From NCBI GenBank assembly GCA_973851085.1, contig OZ316776.1, positions 11,160,001 to 11,224,000 of the forward strand: a DNA stretch of 64,000 nucleotides. Direction: 5' to 3'. Shown here piece after piece: positions 26,298 through 40,460 of the stretch. A program made the position numbers and the translations under genes. Every line of letters begins with the position of its first letter. Position 1 is the first letter of the stretch. The stretch comes from Ptychomitrium polyphyllum (lineage: Eukaryota). The notes beneath the pieces were generated by a model. The model did not search any database, was not told the DNA's origin, and saw nothing but the letters and a program-made list of their open reading frames with translations.

Positions 26298-29200
26298 CTA
26301 CTTCAAAAGAGACTCAATGGCTTCAAAGAACAATGGCGCCATTTCTGGGGTTGGTGTCTTCACTGCACACTTCACACTTGGATACCCTACTTTGCAGGTG
26401 AGTTCTACAAGGAACGGAATGGATGGAGGCACTTTGCCAGAAAGATACAAAACCTGCAATAGTACAGTTACTCAAATAAGTCAACAAAATATTCAACATA
26501 AAAAGTGTCACCCCAGCAGATTCATAACTAGTAGAAACACAGTCCAAGTAGCTCTACCTCTTGGTTGGTGTCCTTCAGCGTCCGCCGAGCAATAAAGAAA
26601 AGGTTAGTCTCACCAAGTTTCTTCAGAGTGGCATCAACATCTACAATCAACGCATTAGGTAGATCCTTCGCAACCTCGTGAGAATCGGGCAGAGCCTTCC
26701 AGGTCTGGTGTAGAAAAAATATTGCAAGATTAGACATATATAACTCTTTAAAGAAAAAGGATAGAAAATCTAATTACGCTAGGAGAAAAGCATGATTTCT
26801 CAAAGCAGGAGCAAGAACACGTTGAATCATGTAAAAGACCTGCAAATTTATGTATGCTCTAAACACAACACGGCAGGTGTGCAGCAAGAATGGTACCTCC
26901 AAGAATGCTCCCCTTTCCATCTTGCCATCTTCAACAAAAAGTGCTTGCAATGGGATTTTGTCGGTGAAGTACCAGACAGGCTGTTGGTTGTTCTTCACAG
27001 CTACTTGAAGCACGGAGTTGGGAGGACCCTCTGAAACGTTCTGAAAAAGAACCATAGGCAGCAACGTGCCTGCTGAGCCTGATGGTTGAATAACAGGTAC
27101 CTACAAAAATGACGGAATAATGAGCGGCCAAGTTTTTGGCAAGAGAGAAAACGATTACAACGATAGAGTTGGTGCCAAAATATGTGTCAACATTTTCACA
27201 GACGTAGAAAACATCCATCATATCGGCAAGTAAAACGATTTAGTATCAATCCAACTAAGTCTGCACACTGCATTTTCCATATACGATGGTTATAAATCCA
27301 GGCAGAAAAATACAATTATCATAAAATGTAGTGACGAAGATGTAGAGAAGCGACCATCATAATGAGAAAAGGGAAAAAGCTTCAAAAGGGCTTACTTATG
27401 AAAAAATTTAAACAAACAAATCAAGTCATGTACCTGAAGAGGTCCTCCCGCAGCAAGACCAAAGGTATTCTTGTTGAATTGAATCATAAATTTATCCAAA
27501 GGAGTTTGAGTATGATTTTCGAATTTGAGATTGTAGAAAACTTTTCCTTCACGCCTCGTCAACTGTCCAGAAATTTGCAAACCCTGGCCAGACGTTGCTG
27601 GAAGTAGGACAGGCAGAGGAGGCCTGTAACACAAACCATAAACAGTTCATACTTTAGATAACCTGTTGGCCATTGTAGAACGTATCAAATTTGACAACTG
27701 TCCTTGACAGACTGTGAACTGACTCAATTAAAACAAAAAAGACATAATCCACAGAGGAGCTGAATTTTACAGCAATAGAAATACATTAACGGGTCATCTG
27801 TAAATGACGACGTCCAAGAGTGAATAAGCAGATACCAACGAGAACTTCCAAACCAATTAACAAAGGAGACCTAATGTGCATGTGATGCTTACTCTGCTAC
27901 GGTAGTAGTTGCAGGCCCAACTGGTACCAGAGCTCCATCATATCCCATCAGATCTCCTAACAGATCAGGTACAGGAGCTGGAGCAGGAGGTACCCCCTTT
28001 CCAGCAGCAGCTGCACCTGCAGCACTAGATGGCACTGTTGCACTTGTTGTGGCAATCTCAGGAACTGGAGCAGATGAGTTGCCAGATCCAGAGTCCTGAC
28101 CATCAGCATATTCGTCATCTTCCTCTCTCGCAGACACTGTTCGTGCACGACTTACAAATGCATCAGCACGCTTGTGGTATACAGATGCAAGCGTAGCAAT
28201 ATTAGCCAGCAGATCATCCAGAAGAGATTGGTCCAGGTTATTGGAGTCATCACTAATTGTAGGCTTCTCAGCCAGAACAACGTCTTTTGCAGCCTGCAAT
28301 GAAAACCCAAAATATTTACTTCATCTCACAATTGTTAAGCCATTGGATTGTCATACTATCTTAAAAGATAACTGCAAACATTAACTTCACAACTTTTCTT
28401 ACAAAGAAAGTGCAGCTCACGAATCAAAATCTTCACATCACCGAAGGGAACCTGTGCCAGTCCAATGGGATCGCAATTCATACTAGTATTTACGAAATAC
28501 CTCTTTTGATATTAGATTCCCTGTGATACTCACAGGCAGATATAGCAAAATGAAGTTAACACACCTCAGGGTCTGTGGAAAGAAGACGCCAATATACATA
28601 TGCACGATCGCGCAAGTCTGGATTGTCGGTTTCTTGTGTAGCATTGTTGAGCACAACCTGGCCATAAGAACACAATTTATCGTGTTACTAATTTCTCATA
28701 ACAAACACTGTGTGGCCTATGAATTTTGTGAGCCCATGACAACCAACAAAACTAAATCAGGGTACTAAAGTTGACGACATTCACAAGCTGTGTCCTAACA
28801 TTATTATTAAAATGTAGAACAGCCCTGTTCAGTGTGGTGTATCTAGGGGAAAGGAAAGTACCTGAATCATTTGTTGGGGTCCTTCAGTAGGCTTCTTTAA
28901 AAATAACTTCACAGCAGCAGTAAGAAGCTGCAACTGCACCTGGGCAGGTTCCTCAGGGAACGTTTCTAGGAAACTTTCCAGCAGCTCATCTGCATTGTCA
29001 ATACGCTCAGCATATTCACCTATAATCCATATCATAGATGCCTGCGTATGGAGCCAAAACAATGTCATTCCAATAAAGCCTTGATGGCAAACAGATGATG
29101 TATCGAAATTAACAGCAACATGGGAATAGTACAGCAGTTCCCACAAAAAAGGACAGACTAATACCAAGATTTGATCAAAGGATGATAAGAGAGAGAGATG

Positions 29201-32200
29201 TCCTAAGTCCAAAGCAGTACCTTGGCTTCAGGTTCATCAAGAGTATCCAAACTTTCACAAAGTGTAGCAATTATTGACTCATACCTGTTCATAGCATAAG
29301 TAATGACACGTTAGTCCCAATAAATGTAGCAACATTTCATCTAAAAGAAAACACTGTTTTACAGTGAACTAAATCAATAACGAATCATAGTGAATTTTTT
29401 CACGCTAATAAAAAAAACTGCTTACAAACAAGTATCCAAGTATCCAGCTTTGTTCACTCTTACATGTTAGGATATCTTCGGAAAATATCCTTGATCACTA
29501 TAATTGCCTCTTGGACAACATAGTTAACCTTGATCTTGATCAGATCCAAAAGAACATTAATACAGCGTTCAGCTGCCCGCTCCAATTTAATTGCACATCG
29601 TCCTATGGCTCGTACTGCTTTTCTCACAAAATCAACATCAACCTCCGTGGCATACTCCTTGAACTCCAAAAGAACCTGGATGAGGGAGCATATTTATCAA
29701 CAGATAGAACAACCAGATACGACAAATATCTCGCTCATTTCGTTCCACGTTCAGATGTCTGCACTATACAATGTCAACTGCTGAATTCTCCAAATTTGAC
29801 CCCATACCCTAATTGAGATCAACAAACGAGCTTAATACTACTCTCAAATAGCTCCGCAACAATGAGGAAAACATAGGTAAGAAGACCTGATCAATATTAC
29901 GGTCTGAGGCAAGTTTGATCATAATCTCCAGCTTCTCCATCTTCACGTAAATAGGATCATTGTATTTGCAGAAAAACACCTGTGGTCATGAGACAAACCT
30001 AGTTTAGATTGAAAACTTCAGTCTACATTACCAACGAAAGAGATAACATGGACTGTATACCCCCTTCAGCTCCAACTATTTCGAACGTTTCTAACTGTAA
30101 TAATCACGTTATGTAAAGCAGACTCGACAAAATATTCATAAACGCTAGCAGCAATAGTTTGTTAGTCCAACGGATCAAAAAATTCCAGGAATTTCAGCTA
30201 TTGTTCCTCTGAGTGCGTAGCCATAGATGCATTGGTATCAACGAAAAGGCTCTTAGAGCGGACCTTGATCTCATGTGCAAGAATTCCTGGCCGCCGTTGC
30301 ACAATAAGATTGATATTGCGAAGTGCCACGTACTGGATCTCCGGCTCTGCTGATAGAAGCGTCACCAAAGGTGGAGCCATCTTTTTACACAAGTTTCGCA
30401 CAACATCTGTGCTCGTAATGAGCTCCATTTGTAGCAAGATAACCTTCACGCAAAAACCTAGTCAGATTGGAATTCTTAAAGAAAGCATGACTCCAGAAAA
30501 TTTGAACAAATAAAATGAAAGCAGCTCAATGCGACATCTAAGTTACCCAAGAGCTCAAGTGCTGGAGAGTAGTTTAACCAGGACTCTGACACAAATGACC
30601 ATCCAGTCTGCTGAAGGAAGAGTCAAGAGGCAACAGGGAACACCATATCTGCAGAAATTCACACTACCTTTACAGCAGATAATACTACGGCACAGTTGGC
30701 ATGCTGCAAGCGAGGAGTTATACGTTCCACAATATTTTCAGCATCTCGGACATCCTTTGCTTTGTATTTAGATAAAGCATCCAAAATAAAAACCTGGCCC
30801 CACCTGCAATCATACCGCCAAGAAAACCATGCTCAATGCAAACTCGACTAAACGGGATAGATAACACAAAGATTTGATGTCGAACAGCACTATATGTCCG
30901 CAATGAATGATTAATCCTTCATACACCGTTGGCGGTAAACATCAACCATTGCATGTGTTTAGTTTTCTGGTATAATAAGATGCACTGAAGTTAGAAGTTC
31001 CAGGTGTGTTCGAAAACAGCTTGTCCAGGAACAGAAAATCAATCGAGAAAACACATACTCTGTGCATTCGTTGAGAGCCGCCAAAAGCTTGAATAATGTC
31101 TGATTTGTAATCTCAAAAACATTCTTACTGCTACCCTCTTGGATTTCAGCAAGTGCCGCCACGGCATTTGCCACAACCATGGGATTGCTATCAGATATCA
31201 TGTTCCTTAGGTCCTCGAGAAATCCTCTGTCCTCCACCAGTTCTGCGTTAATGTCATGCAACTTGGCAACACAAACGGCTGCAGTCTTTCGAACATAAGG
31301 ATCATCATCCTGCACAATCAACCGAGTTCTGATTTCGAGCGATACCCATAGAAAGACAGATATAAAATCCCTACCCCAGAAAAAGAAAATAGAAAACAAA
31401 AGAGGAACAGAGAAGTGATCCAAATAAAAGGAAGATACTCTCAAAGCTGATCCAACTAGGTAGAATGTCTCTTGCAGATAATTGTTTTGACATACACAAT
31501 ATCTACAAAATAAGTATGCATACGAATTAGATTGTACAAATCAAATCGCAAATACTTCCAGAAGGTGTATAATAATCAAGGCACTCAAGAACTAACCTTC
31601 AGACACTTTTGTAAGGGATCACACAGATACTCCGTGATCTTGTCAACCCTGATACAACCCATAGTTCTCACAGCCAATGCTCGTATCAAAGGATTTGGAT
31701 CTTGTGAGTCCTGTCCAAGAAAGTAGAAACTATCATAACCAAAAAATAATAAGATCGATGTAATACATCTGACGTATGAGCATTCTATTGATTCTCCCTG
31801 GATGACTCAAAATAATCGAACACAACACTCTGCGGACTGCATTAAACTCATCCTAAAACCACTTAGCACCAAGAGATAAGAACCTGGCAGCATCTTCTAT
31901 ATTGTACTTGTAGAAGTAAAAGCATTTTATGGCACGCTTAAAGTGTTTAGATCAAAGTAGGTACAAACCTTCACAAATGTGTTGACGGCAAGGATCGCTA
32001 AGTCAGGGTGGCTCTTGGCGTAGTTGATAAGGTACAAGTAGACAAGCTTCTTGAGCTCCAAATTATCTGTTTGCATACAGTTGACCACGTCTGTAAACAG
32101 CATGGATACATCCTTACCAACGGTCATTGCAGCGATAACCTTCTTCACTGCATCTTTTTTCTTGTCCTGCAAATGCCACATTAAACGCATATTAATCCGT

Positions 32201-33440
32201 GTCGCAAAAAAGCGAGCACCAACCCAAAGAACTCAGGCTTGGGGAACATTTTCAGATTTAAACAACCTCACTTCATTATATAGCCTCACCAGCAAGAATC
32301 GTTCGTGCTCACAGAAATACGGGCGAATAATATTAAGTATGCTAGCAACAAACAGAGACAGCAAGCCACAGACAAGTACGGAGCTAAAGCTCAGAAAAAT
32401 GAAGGGAGAAAAGAGGGAAACATCCAATGAAGATTAAGGATGATATCAAAGGAATCAGCCCCTTGCAGGATATAACACTCAGAGTTCGATCGTTTACAGC
32501 AATTACCACTCGTCGAAGAATTCTAAGTATACTTCCACTCATCAAGTAAAACCTTGAAGTAAACAAGTCTTCACTACAGAGCATTATCTAAGACATAAAA
32601 GGGAATGGTAACGCAAACGCCAAAGATGGTGGGTGTTCATCTCACAATCCCGTCCGCATAAATGAACGAAGAGACAGTTAGGATTCAATCACATTAACTT
32701 ACAGTATAGTCCACTTCGCAACACTAAAATGTGAAGTCAAGTGTTGGTCGGCAATCATTGTGATGGTCAACTTATCGGGAAGAGACACACCCAAGCACTT
32801 TCGACACCTTCAATGGCTCAGCAAGTACTTGCAAATGTTCGATCAATCTCACGAAGAGATTGAACGGACAAGGGACACAAGATTGGTAGTTTGGGTAGTT
32901 TCAGATGTCACACCGAAACTACAAAAAAGTTTACGTTTCACATCTGCAAGACTGAAACGTAAAATTCCACGATCGCACACATCGTGACAAGACGATCATC
33001 GAAGTATAGCTCCAGGACGATCAACAAAGGCTCCGATCGACGAACCTCCGAGCTGCTAAAGCGCACAAACAGGTCTTTGACTAGACCGATACAGACGAAC
33101 TTCAGACCCCTACTCCGCAGTAACGCCAGACATCCCCTCTCCCTCTCCACCATCCAACCCTAAATCCTCACAGACATACCCTCGTCGCAAAAGGCCCCGC
33201 GTTTCCCACATCCCCTTGCACGGTTTCAATCGCAAAAGCAGAACTGTACCCGTCTAAGACTCGCCCACTCTCTCCTCCCACCACATCTTTTCTGAGAATC
33301 GTCCAACCCTGAAGATCCCAATAAACAGATGAAGTCAGAAACAGCGAACCCACCTTGTACTGCGAATTGAGCTCCTCCTTGAGCTCATGGATCTCGCCCT
33401 TCTTGGTGGTGGTGAAGTACTTGGCGTCATGGCCGCTCAT
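26298..33440 (-). CDS. AP-1/AP-2 complex subunit beta (beta-adaptin)
   Basis: About 16 GT-AG exons: 33440-33354, 32166-31969, ~31710-31597, ~31309-31038, ~30803-30668, 30443-30264, 29979-29887, 29675-29464, 29284-29221, 29041-28862, ~28657-28565, ~28293-27893, ~27623-27434, ~27100-26896, ~26704-26558, ~26453-26298. Diagnostic segments: [84 protein letters not shown], and an ear domain ending [10 protein letters not shown]. Confidence 0.97.
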
Positions 33441-34030
33441 TGTGCCCTGCTTTGCTTTGAGTTACCAAACCATCCACCACGCCAATCTCCCACAGCACTG
33501 CAATGGACTGCGCGGATCGGTGCAACTGAAATGCGCACAAAGCTCGAGTTCTGCTTCCTCAGCAAGAGGAGCCTCTTCTCTCCTCATCGCCCTGTCTCTC
33601 GCCATCGTTCATCCACTGCGTTTACGTTTCTCATCTCTCTCAACGAGGAATGGACTCAGTCCAGAGCTCAACTCGGGAACATCGTCCAATCACTGTGGGT
33701 TTATTCGTCCAGTTCATCCAAGGGAGCCGTCTTTTCTCAGTTTTGCGAAAATCATCAGTCTTTTCTTTGATGAGATAAATTCTTGAGTCGAAGTTTGGTA
33801 TAACCGGTCAGTTTGGAACTGGTGATTTATAGCTCTTGGATTTGCAGGTTTTATGTTGAAGATTGAGCCTGCGCATGTATAATGTAGTCTGGATGTGATT
33901 TTTGTGGAGGAGAAATGTTGATGATTCCTGTTTGATGTGTAGAGGTGGTAGTATGGTGGTGAGAGGTAGTTTTGTGAGACAGTGAAAGTGGTTGCAGAGG
34001 TGTCTGTTGGTGGTGCATTTGATGCAAAAG

Positions 34031-35409
34031 ATGGGGAAAAGAGTGGTGTTTCTTTATGCGGTTTGGGGTCTCTTGAGCTTCGTGGTTCTATGTGCATTGC
34101 AAGGGATGGAGGCAGAGGTGGTGTTGTCTGAGACCACATGCAGGGACTTAGGATTTACTGGTCTAGCTCTGTGCTCCGATTGCGATTCGCTTAGAGAGTA
34201 TGTGAAAGACGAAGGTGCGGAAACTCTTTCCTTTCTTTATATCTTTTTGGCATGTTTATTGTTTAAGCATGATTTTGTGAGGGGAATCGGCAAAAGTTTT
34301 TGAGAATGATTGATTCTTATTCTTTGGCTCCTTATGGAAATTGAAGAGCCAATAGTGATGGAAAATGATTCTGCCAAGAGGTTGAGTTACTTCCTGGAGG
34401 GCATCGTCGAGAATTCATGTTATCTGTATTTGCATATGTTAACAGAACGCGTAGGGATATTTCCGAGGTCTATTTCTTGATTATCTTTAGGTTGCTCAGA
34501 TAGCGTCTGAGATAGATTCATTTCCTTCTGCGAGTTTAATCCAAGATGTATCTCGTTTGTAGTCTGGGGCAATCAAGCCCCCAGATTTCATGCATTACGA
34601 GTTTCGGTGTGACTTTGATCCTGGATATGATGCAGAGTTGGAGGCCGATTGTCGAAAATGTTGTACAAAAGAAACCGAGAGTGCTCTCAGCAAGGTTTGT
34701 CATCTTGCACCTTAATATAGTTCAAAGAGTGTTCCATGAAATTCTTGGCATGATTTAGTGCTAGAGTTTTTTGGAAATTCTTGCTGTTAGAGTGGTTCGA
34801 TTGTAGAGGTTCTGAGGATATTCCGGAGGCCTTCAAGGAGGTTCACGACGATACATACGTTGCACTTGAGGGCGCCGGGGGAATTTATTTCCACAAACGT
34901 AATAAGTTTCGGGGTTTGCAGGTAAAGTATGCTGGAGCAGTGTTGGAGATTTGTTTCAGAAAGTTGATGTTTTATCCGAACATCCAGACCTTTATTGACG
35001 AGAAATTGAGTCACTTCCCTAAAGTGGACGTGAGATACCGTTTTGGTACTCCACCGAAGCTCATCATGAAGGATAGGAAAGGCAAACATAAGGAAACCAT
35101 CCGGTATAGCTTCAACAACACACCTAAATTAGTAGTGTCCAAAATGTACTCTAGTATGGTATCATTGTTCCTTCATGAATGTGGTAGGACTGTGTGGTTT
35201 GGAACATCTCTGGCTCCTTCACCTTTCTTTTCAATATTGATGTAGTTCTCTATGCATTAAGTTCCATTTATAGTGGAGAATTGGAGTTCAATCAAAGTTA
35301 GAACTGAATGGATCTTAATTGTTTGTTTACCAAAGTTTCTGGCGCATGCAGGATTGATAACTGGAAGACACAGCAGATTGAGCAGTTTTTAAGCCAAAAG
35401 GTGGTATAA
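34031..35409 (+). CDS. SELENOF: Selenoprotein F / Sep15 homologue (ER thioredoxin-like; Sec absent)
   Basis: Exons 34031-34214, 34636-34694, 34922-35103 and 35352-35409. They give a signal peptide, the Cys-rich CRDLGFTGLALCSDC...ADCRKCC domain, AVLEICFRKLMFYPNIQTFI, GTPPKLIM and IRIDNWKTQQIEQFL. An alternative ATG lies at 34022. Confidence 0.92.
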
Positions 35410-35761
35410 AAGGCAAGCCATTGAAAGTAGTAGCATACCTCCCGATGTGAGGTGAGCGCGGGAGGAGACTTTCTGGTGTTGCCTCTGGGCCACTTTAGAC
35501 AATGGTTAAATTAAAATCCTGAAGCTCAATGCGCCTCGTAATTCTACAAGTGATACTTTACAGCAACTAACCTTAATTAAATGGTCGAACTATATACATC
35601 ACTGTCGGAACGCAGCATAAGAAGAGTCACGCTGTCACCTTAAAACTTCCACCCCAGGCCTCCTTAAATGTACAAGAAGTCGGTAGATCGAACCTCGAAG
35701 TGTTTGTAAGGATGCAAATCATGTAAATAAGTGCAACCCTAAACTCAGAAAGACAATTATT

Positions 35762-36653
35762 TTACGCCAAGATGGGCGTCTTAGGAGACCATATCCAGAC
35801 GAACACCACCAGAGTCACAATCAGGAAATAACTAGTAATGAGTGTTGTGATGGTGACAATGAGGAGCGTGAATAAAAAGATTGACCACGGTGGCAGTCCC
35901 ATCGCTGCTATAGCTTCCGGTGTGAAATTTATTCCGGAAGATGAGATAATAACGTAAAGCATGAAACACGAAAACAAAGCAAAAAACGACTTCAGCTTCT
36001 TCCCCTTGGACATTTCGCAAAGCAGCTCAAAGGAATCTCCTGGAAACAGAAAAGGCATTCACCCATTAGAATTTAAGCCGTGCAAGCAGGGATGCTGAAG
36101 CAGTACCAATAGTTGAGCCAACGTAGGGTTTTGAGGATTGAGTGGGACTTCACCTGTCTGATTGACACTCCTGTACAGCGATTGGGAATCTCGTCCAGTT
36201 CTCAAGTCACTGATGTAGAACGAGTTGTTCAGAACTTCACCCAGCCTGACGAAGCCGATGACGATCAGAAGATATGGTAATGACCAGAATAAACTAAGAA
36301 GAGCTGCAGGCCAAAACGATGTCGGAGCCGGAATATACGAGGACCCCTGCGCAATTTGCAACCCAAGTTACGCTTCAGCAACCAACTTGCGATTAGGGTC
36401 ATGTCCACAGAACAGCTGGGAAAAGGAAACACTTCTTGTTCGAAACGGAAACCTCGGTGCTCTGTAGTACCTGAGGTCCAACGAAGTCTGCCACGAAGAA
36501 CTGGGTGTGCAACACCTTGATCACAGCCGCCGGGAAAAAGCAGACGAGGATGACTGGGAGAACGTCACCGAGATGCGCGATCAGCAACCTGCCACCTTCG
36601 CGAAATACCCCCTTAATGCCCCAGTCTCCGATGCTGGCAGGAACGCCTGCCAT
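35762..36653 (-). pseudogene. Disrupted multi-pass membrane protein gene (plant uncharacterised TM family)
   Basis: Three hydrophobic ORF pieces: 36653-36399, 36361-36059 and 36058-35762. They are separated by a frameshift, a TAA (~36370) and a TGA (36061-36059). Segments IKGVFREGGRLL...VILVCFFPAAVI, WLNYWYCFSIPAC and DSFELLCEMSKGKK resemble a family of plant multi-TM proteins. Confidence 0.5.
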
Positions 36654-39044
36654 TGTCGACTTCCTATCTCAACCCCCGACCGCTCACAGAAAGGTAAACT
36701 AGCAGACTCGAAGTAAACTCTGCCGAGCACGGATCTGAGCAGGTGGTGATCTTCTGTCTCTGTGAGGTAGCATGGTCAACCAGATTTGAGGTGACAGGCA
36801 CCTTCACACTTTGAACACCTCAAGTTCATCGTGGATGTCAAAACTTGAAGGGATATTCGTCTGAATGGCGATTCCTGAGTGGCTACAGTTTGGTCCACAG
36901 TATCTGATAAGTTGCGTTCCGACTCAGGTGCAGAAACAGTCAATGACAGATTCTTTCAGCCCGGCACCCCAAAAACTGGACGGGTGTGTACTCCTACAAT
37001 TCGTAGATGCACATTCCAAGGGACACTGCTGGAACCTCACCTTCGACGTTTCTCTGAAACATCACTTGTGGGTGGAATGAGACCATCGGACTGGCATCAC
37101 GAGAACAGGCTTGCTTGTGCAGAACAAGGATCTGCATTGTGGGATCACTCGACCTTCGCATGTCTGCTGAAATCCTTGGCTTCCACCACTGCAGATGCGC
37201 TGCTTTCGCTTCAGAAACAGCAGAAGCTGCTTCATGCTTACAAGAGTGAATCAGATGAAGTTTGCCATCATGTCTCCTTTGTGGTCCGAACTAGAAACTT
37301 GACGGTGCTTGCCGCTTTGCAGAGGGTAACAGTGTGGGTTTGGAAATACACACACGTTGTTGAGAACAAAATCCCAGGTGTGGGAGGGATCTCTGTGATA
37401 TTATATTTTGTCAGTTTCGACACTTTTAGAGACATCATGTTTGGACAATTCAGACTTAGACTTATTAGTATTGTGTGGTAAAGTGTGTCTTTGTAATTTT
37501 AAAAGGCGATATATTATAACACTTGAGTTTAGTTGAAAGGTCAAACATAAATGTCACTATGTACTGCCTTGGAAGTCATTATATTATACAACATAAAAAC
37601 TATATTCCATCTCTTCTAAAAGGTAGAAATGTGTAATTAGAGCAAGCTTAACAACCAAAGCCAACTTAATAGTTAAGATTAATTAAATAATTGATGTGAA
37701 TTCAAGAATCATATATAAATGATATCTTATAGAACTTGACCTAGTATATAGATGCAAAAAGTGATCAAAAGTGGTGGTGGTGCAAATAATAAGTTGAGAA
37801 GAAATTTAGACCAAAATGAAGACAAATTTATAACAAAGCTAATTAAAACCTAATACTAAAAAATACTACCAAGTTTGTGAAAGCTTCATATGAAAGAATT
37901 AATGAAAATTTCTCAATCAATTTTATAGATATATAATAAGGAAGACATGGTCAATGTTTCATATTTTTGAAATAATTATACTATGTACAACCTCCCCATT
38001 CTATATAAAAAATTAATTAGTGTTGGTATGTGTACTATTGTTGTTAAATACATTTGTAAATGAATGTATATATGTAATTTATTTTCAACAAATATGATTA
38101 TGAACTTTAACAATATCAAAAAATAAAATGCAATTGATTAGTGGATTATAAACAATTGTACTTTCAAATATTGTAAACCAATTAAATTTTTGACCATGAA
38201 TAGTATATAGTTTTAGTAATATAAACACATTATTTCTTATTATAAAAACAAAGAATATGACATTGATTGATAAGTTATTATACAAACTATTATATATTTA
38301 TTTTTCTAAATGGCACAAAATCATCAATAATATATATTAAAGTAATAGAAAAAGTTGAAAACTCAATTCTATAATATTTTGGTAATTGACTATTTTAGAG
38401 AAGATCTTGCATCAATTGATTGAAATGAAGTAATTAATATTCAAAATATTAATAAATAGAAAATAATTTTAAATTATAAAGCATAGAGTTAGTTTTAACT
38501 ACAATAGGTGTAAATAAAATATCCAAGTCCACTTCTTAAACAATTCAAATTGCATTAAGGCTTTTAATAATAATTGTCATTTAATTATTTTATTAAATAT
38601 GCTAAATATGCTTTATATATACTCTATCTAAACTTCTTCACAAATTGATTTTTGCTGTATAATCAAGTTTTACAATAAGCTCTTGGTAAGTCACATGGAA
38701 AAGTCCCTAGCCATACTTGATGCACGGTATTTTTAAAAGCAGTCTATTCTTTAAACAAATCACATTAAAGCATCTAATAGCAAACACCCTTGTTAAATAT
38801 GTTAGAGAAAAGTTCCATTTAGTCCACCCCCACCAACATTTCTTTTCTAGCTACAAAAGGGATTAGGTGGTATTATAGTATTACTCAAATCAGAAAGGAA
38901 TGGGATGCAAGAAGTTGAAATGGCATTTTTTGCGAGTAGAAAAAAAACACCAATCCGCATTGTAAATGACCACTATGGTAGTGTCCCTCCATGGAATTCC
39001 AAAAAACACTTGCAAAATATACCCTAATGGACCTCATTAAAATC

Positions 39045-40460
39045 TTATGCGTATTCAAGGTAGTTGCATAGAACTTCTTTGGTAAATTTATACAACCATT
39101 TGTGCGTTTCGGTTTCATACAAAAGTTTGTGCATTGCCGTGTTGGACAGTTTGTAACTGTAGTCCTTCACTGAGATCTGCAGCACAATCTGAAGGATACG
39201 AGAGAGACTTTGCAAATTTTCGGGTTCTCTGCTCTGCTCATCGCTCGCTGACCAAGGAACCGCGGCCAAGGAGGACACACGTGCTCCTACGAGGTCCTCA
39301 TAACTGATCTGTGAAGCCAATTGGAGCTTCAAGCAATACTTGATGCTCGGTATCTCCTGGCATGGTGAGTACATGCGGGAGAATCAAGCCTTGTAGGACT
39401 TCATGTTCACATTAACGTTGAGAAGTAAGAGCACTGTCTTCGAACCCTCTCTAGTCTTCGCCGATCTCCCGTTCAAGGATGCATCGGAGTACTTGCTACA
39501 ACTACTTAGCCGGATTGAGTGCAGATGCAAATCCTCTAAGCCTACCTCATCCTCTTTGTTGATGGAGTTTCTTTGTCTTGATCCAAGGAACGAGTCCTCG
39601 TTTTTCTGAGCCACTGTGATCACAGAGCTTCGGTCCGAGGACACAACCATATCGCTATCATCTCTGTCGCCATACCACTCCTGTGCCATCGCTGATAACC
39701 TCCTTCTTGCAGATCCTGTGTAGGTCGTGAGCGACCTCAAAGGTGAAAGATGCTTACACCCCGTACTGCTCCAAGAGTTTCTTGTCCAAGCTGCGCTATA
39801 AGTCTACACGGCTCCGTTCATCTCAGTAGAGAATCCGTTACAGGACCCATTCTTGAATCTTGACTACCCGTTACACCCAATCTGACATCCCACCAAGAAT
39901 CCAGGTTCCGGAAGTTACCGAAATGGACTAACATACCGGTACTTCTGTCCGGGACTGACAGAGTTGACACAGCACCAGGGCTACAACCAGACCTAGACTA
40001 ACCCTTATAAAACACAGAAGCATGTTCAGCGCGCAGGTCTCATTTGTTTAAGTCTGATGCAGAGGAGAGGCTCCGTTGTGCCTGCCCATCCTCGCACATG
40101 ATCGCTTCTGCCATCTCTTGCACATGAACTCACATCATGAAATGCTCGTAAGGATGGCGGTTGAAATGGCACAAAGCTCCTGCAACCATGTCACGACTCT
40201 CTGAGCTGGCGACGAGGTTGCAGGCAGGTTAGGGCACAAGTGCGGCACCTGTCGGTTGACAGAGCACGCAAGTGGCTCTGGCTTGAACACCAGAACGATG
40301 ATGAAAAATGCACTCTGATTTCAGTGGCTCCGAGAGGCGGCCTGGCTGTCCTCCTGGGGAGAACCGCTGCCTCTCCTATGCGGGCCCTGATTGTGAGGTA
40401 ACGAAGGCGAAGCTGAGTTCTGCGTGAGTGCGAGAAAGAAAGGCCGGCACTGGATTTGCA
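39045..40460 (-). pseudogene. Unidentified decayed coding-like sequence
   Basis: GC-richer island. ORFs 39740-39384 and 39374-39045 are in the same frame, split by one TGA. Upstream frames read as protein with scattered stops. No family recognised. Confidence 0.3.

Noticed and set aside
36879..37481. 200-aa plus-strand ORF
   Set aside because: GTG start, no recognisable domain, and it runs into AT-rich spacer.
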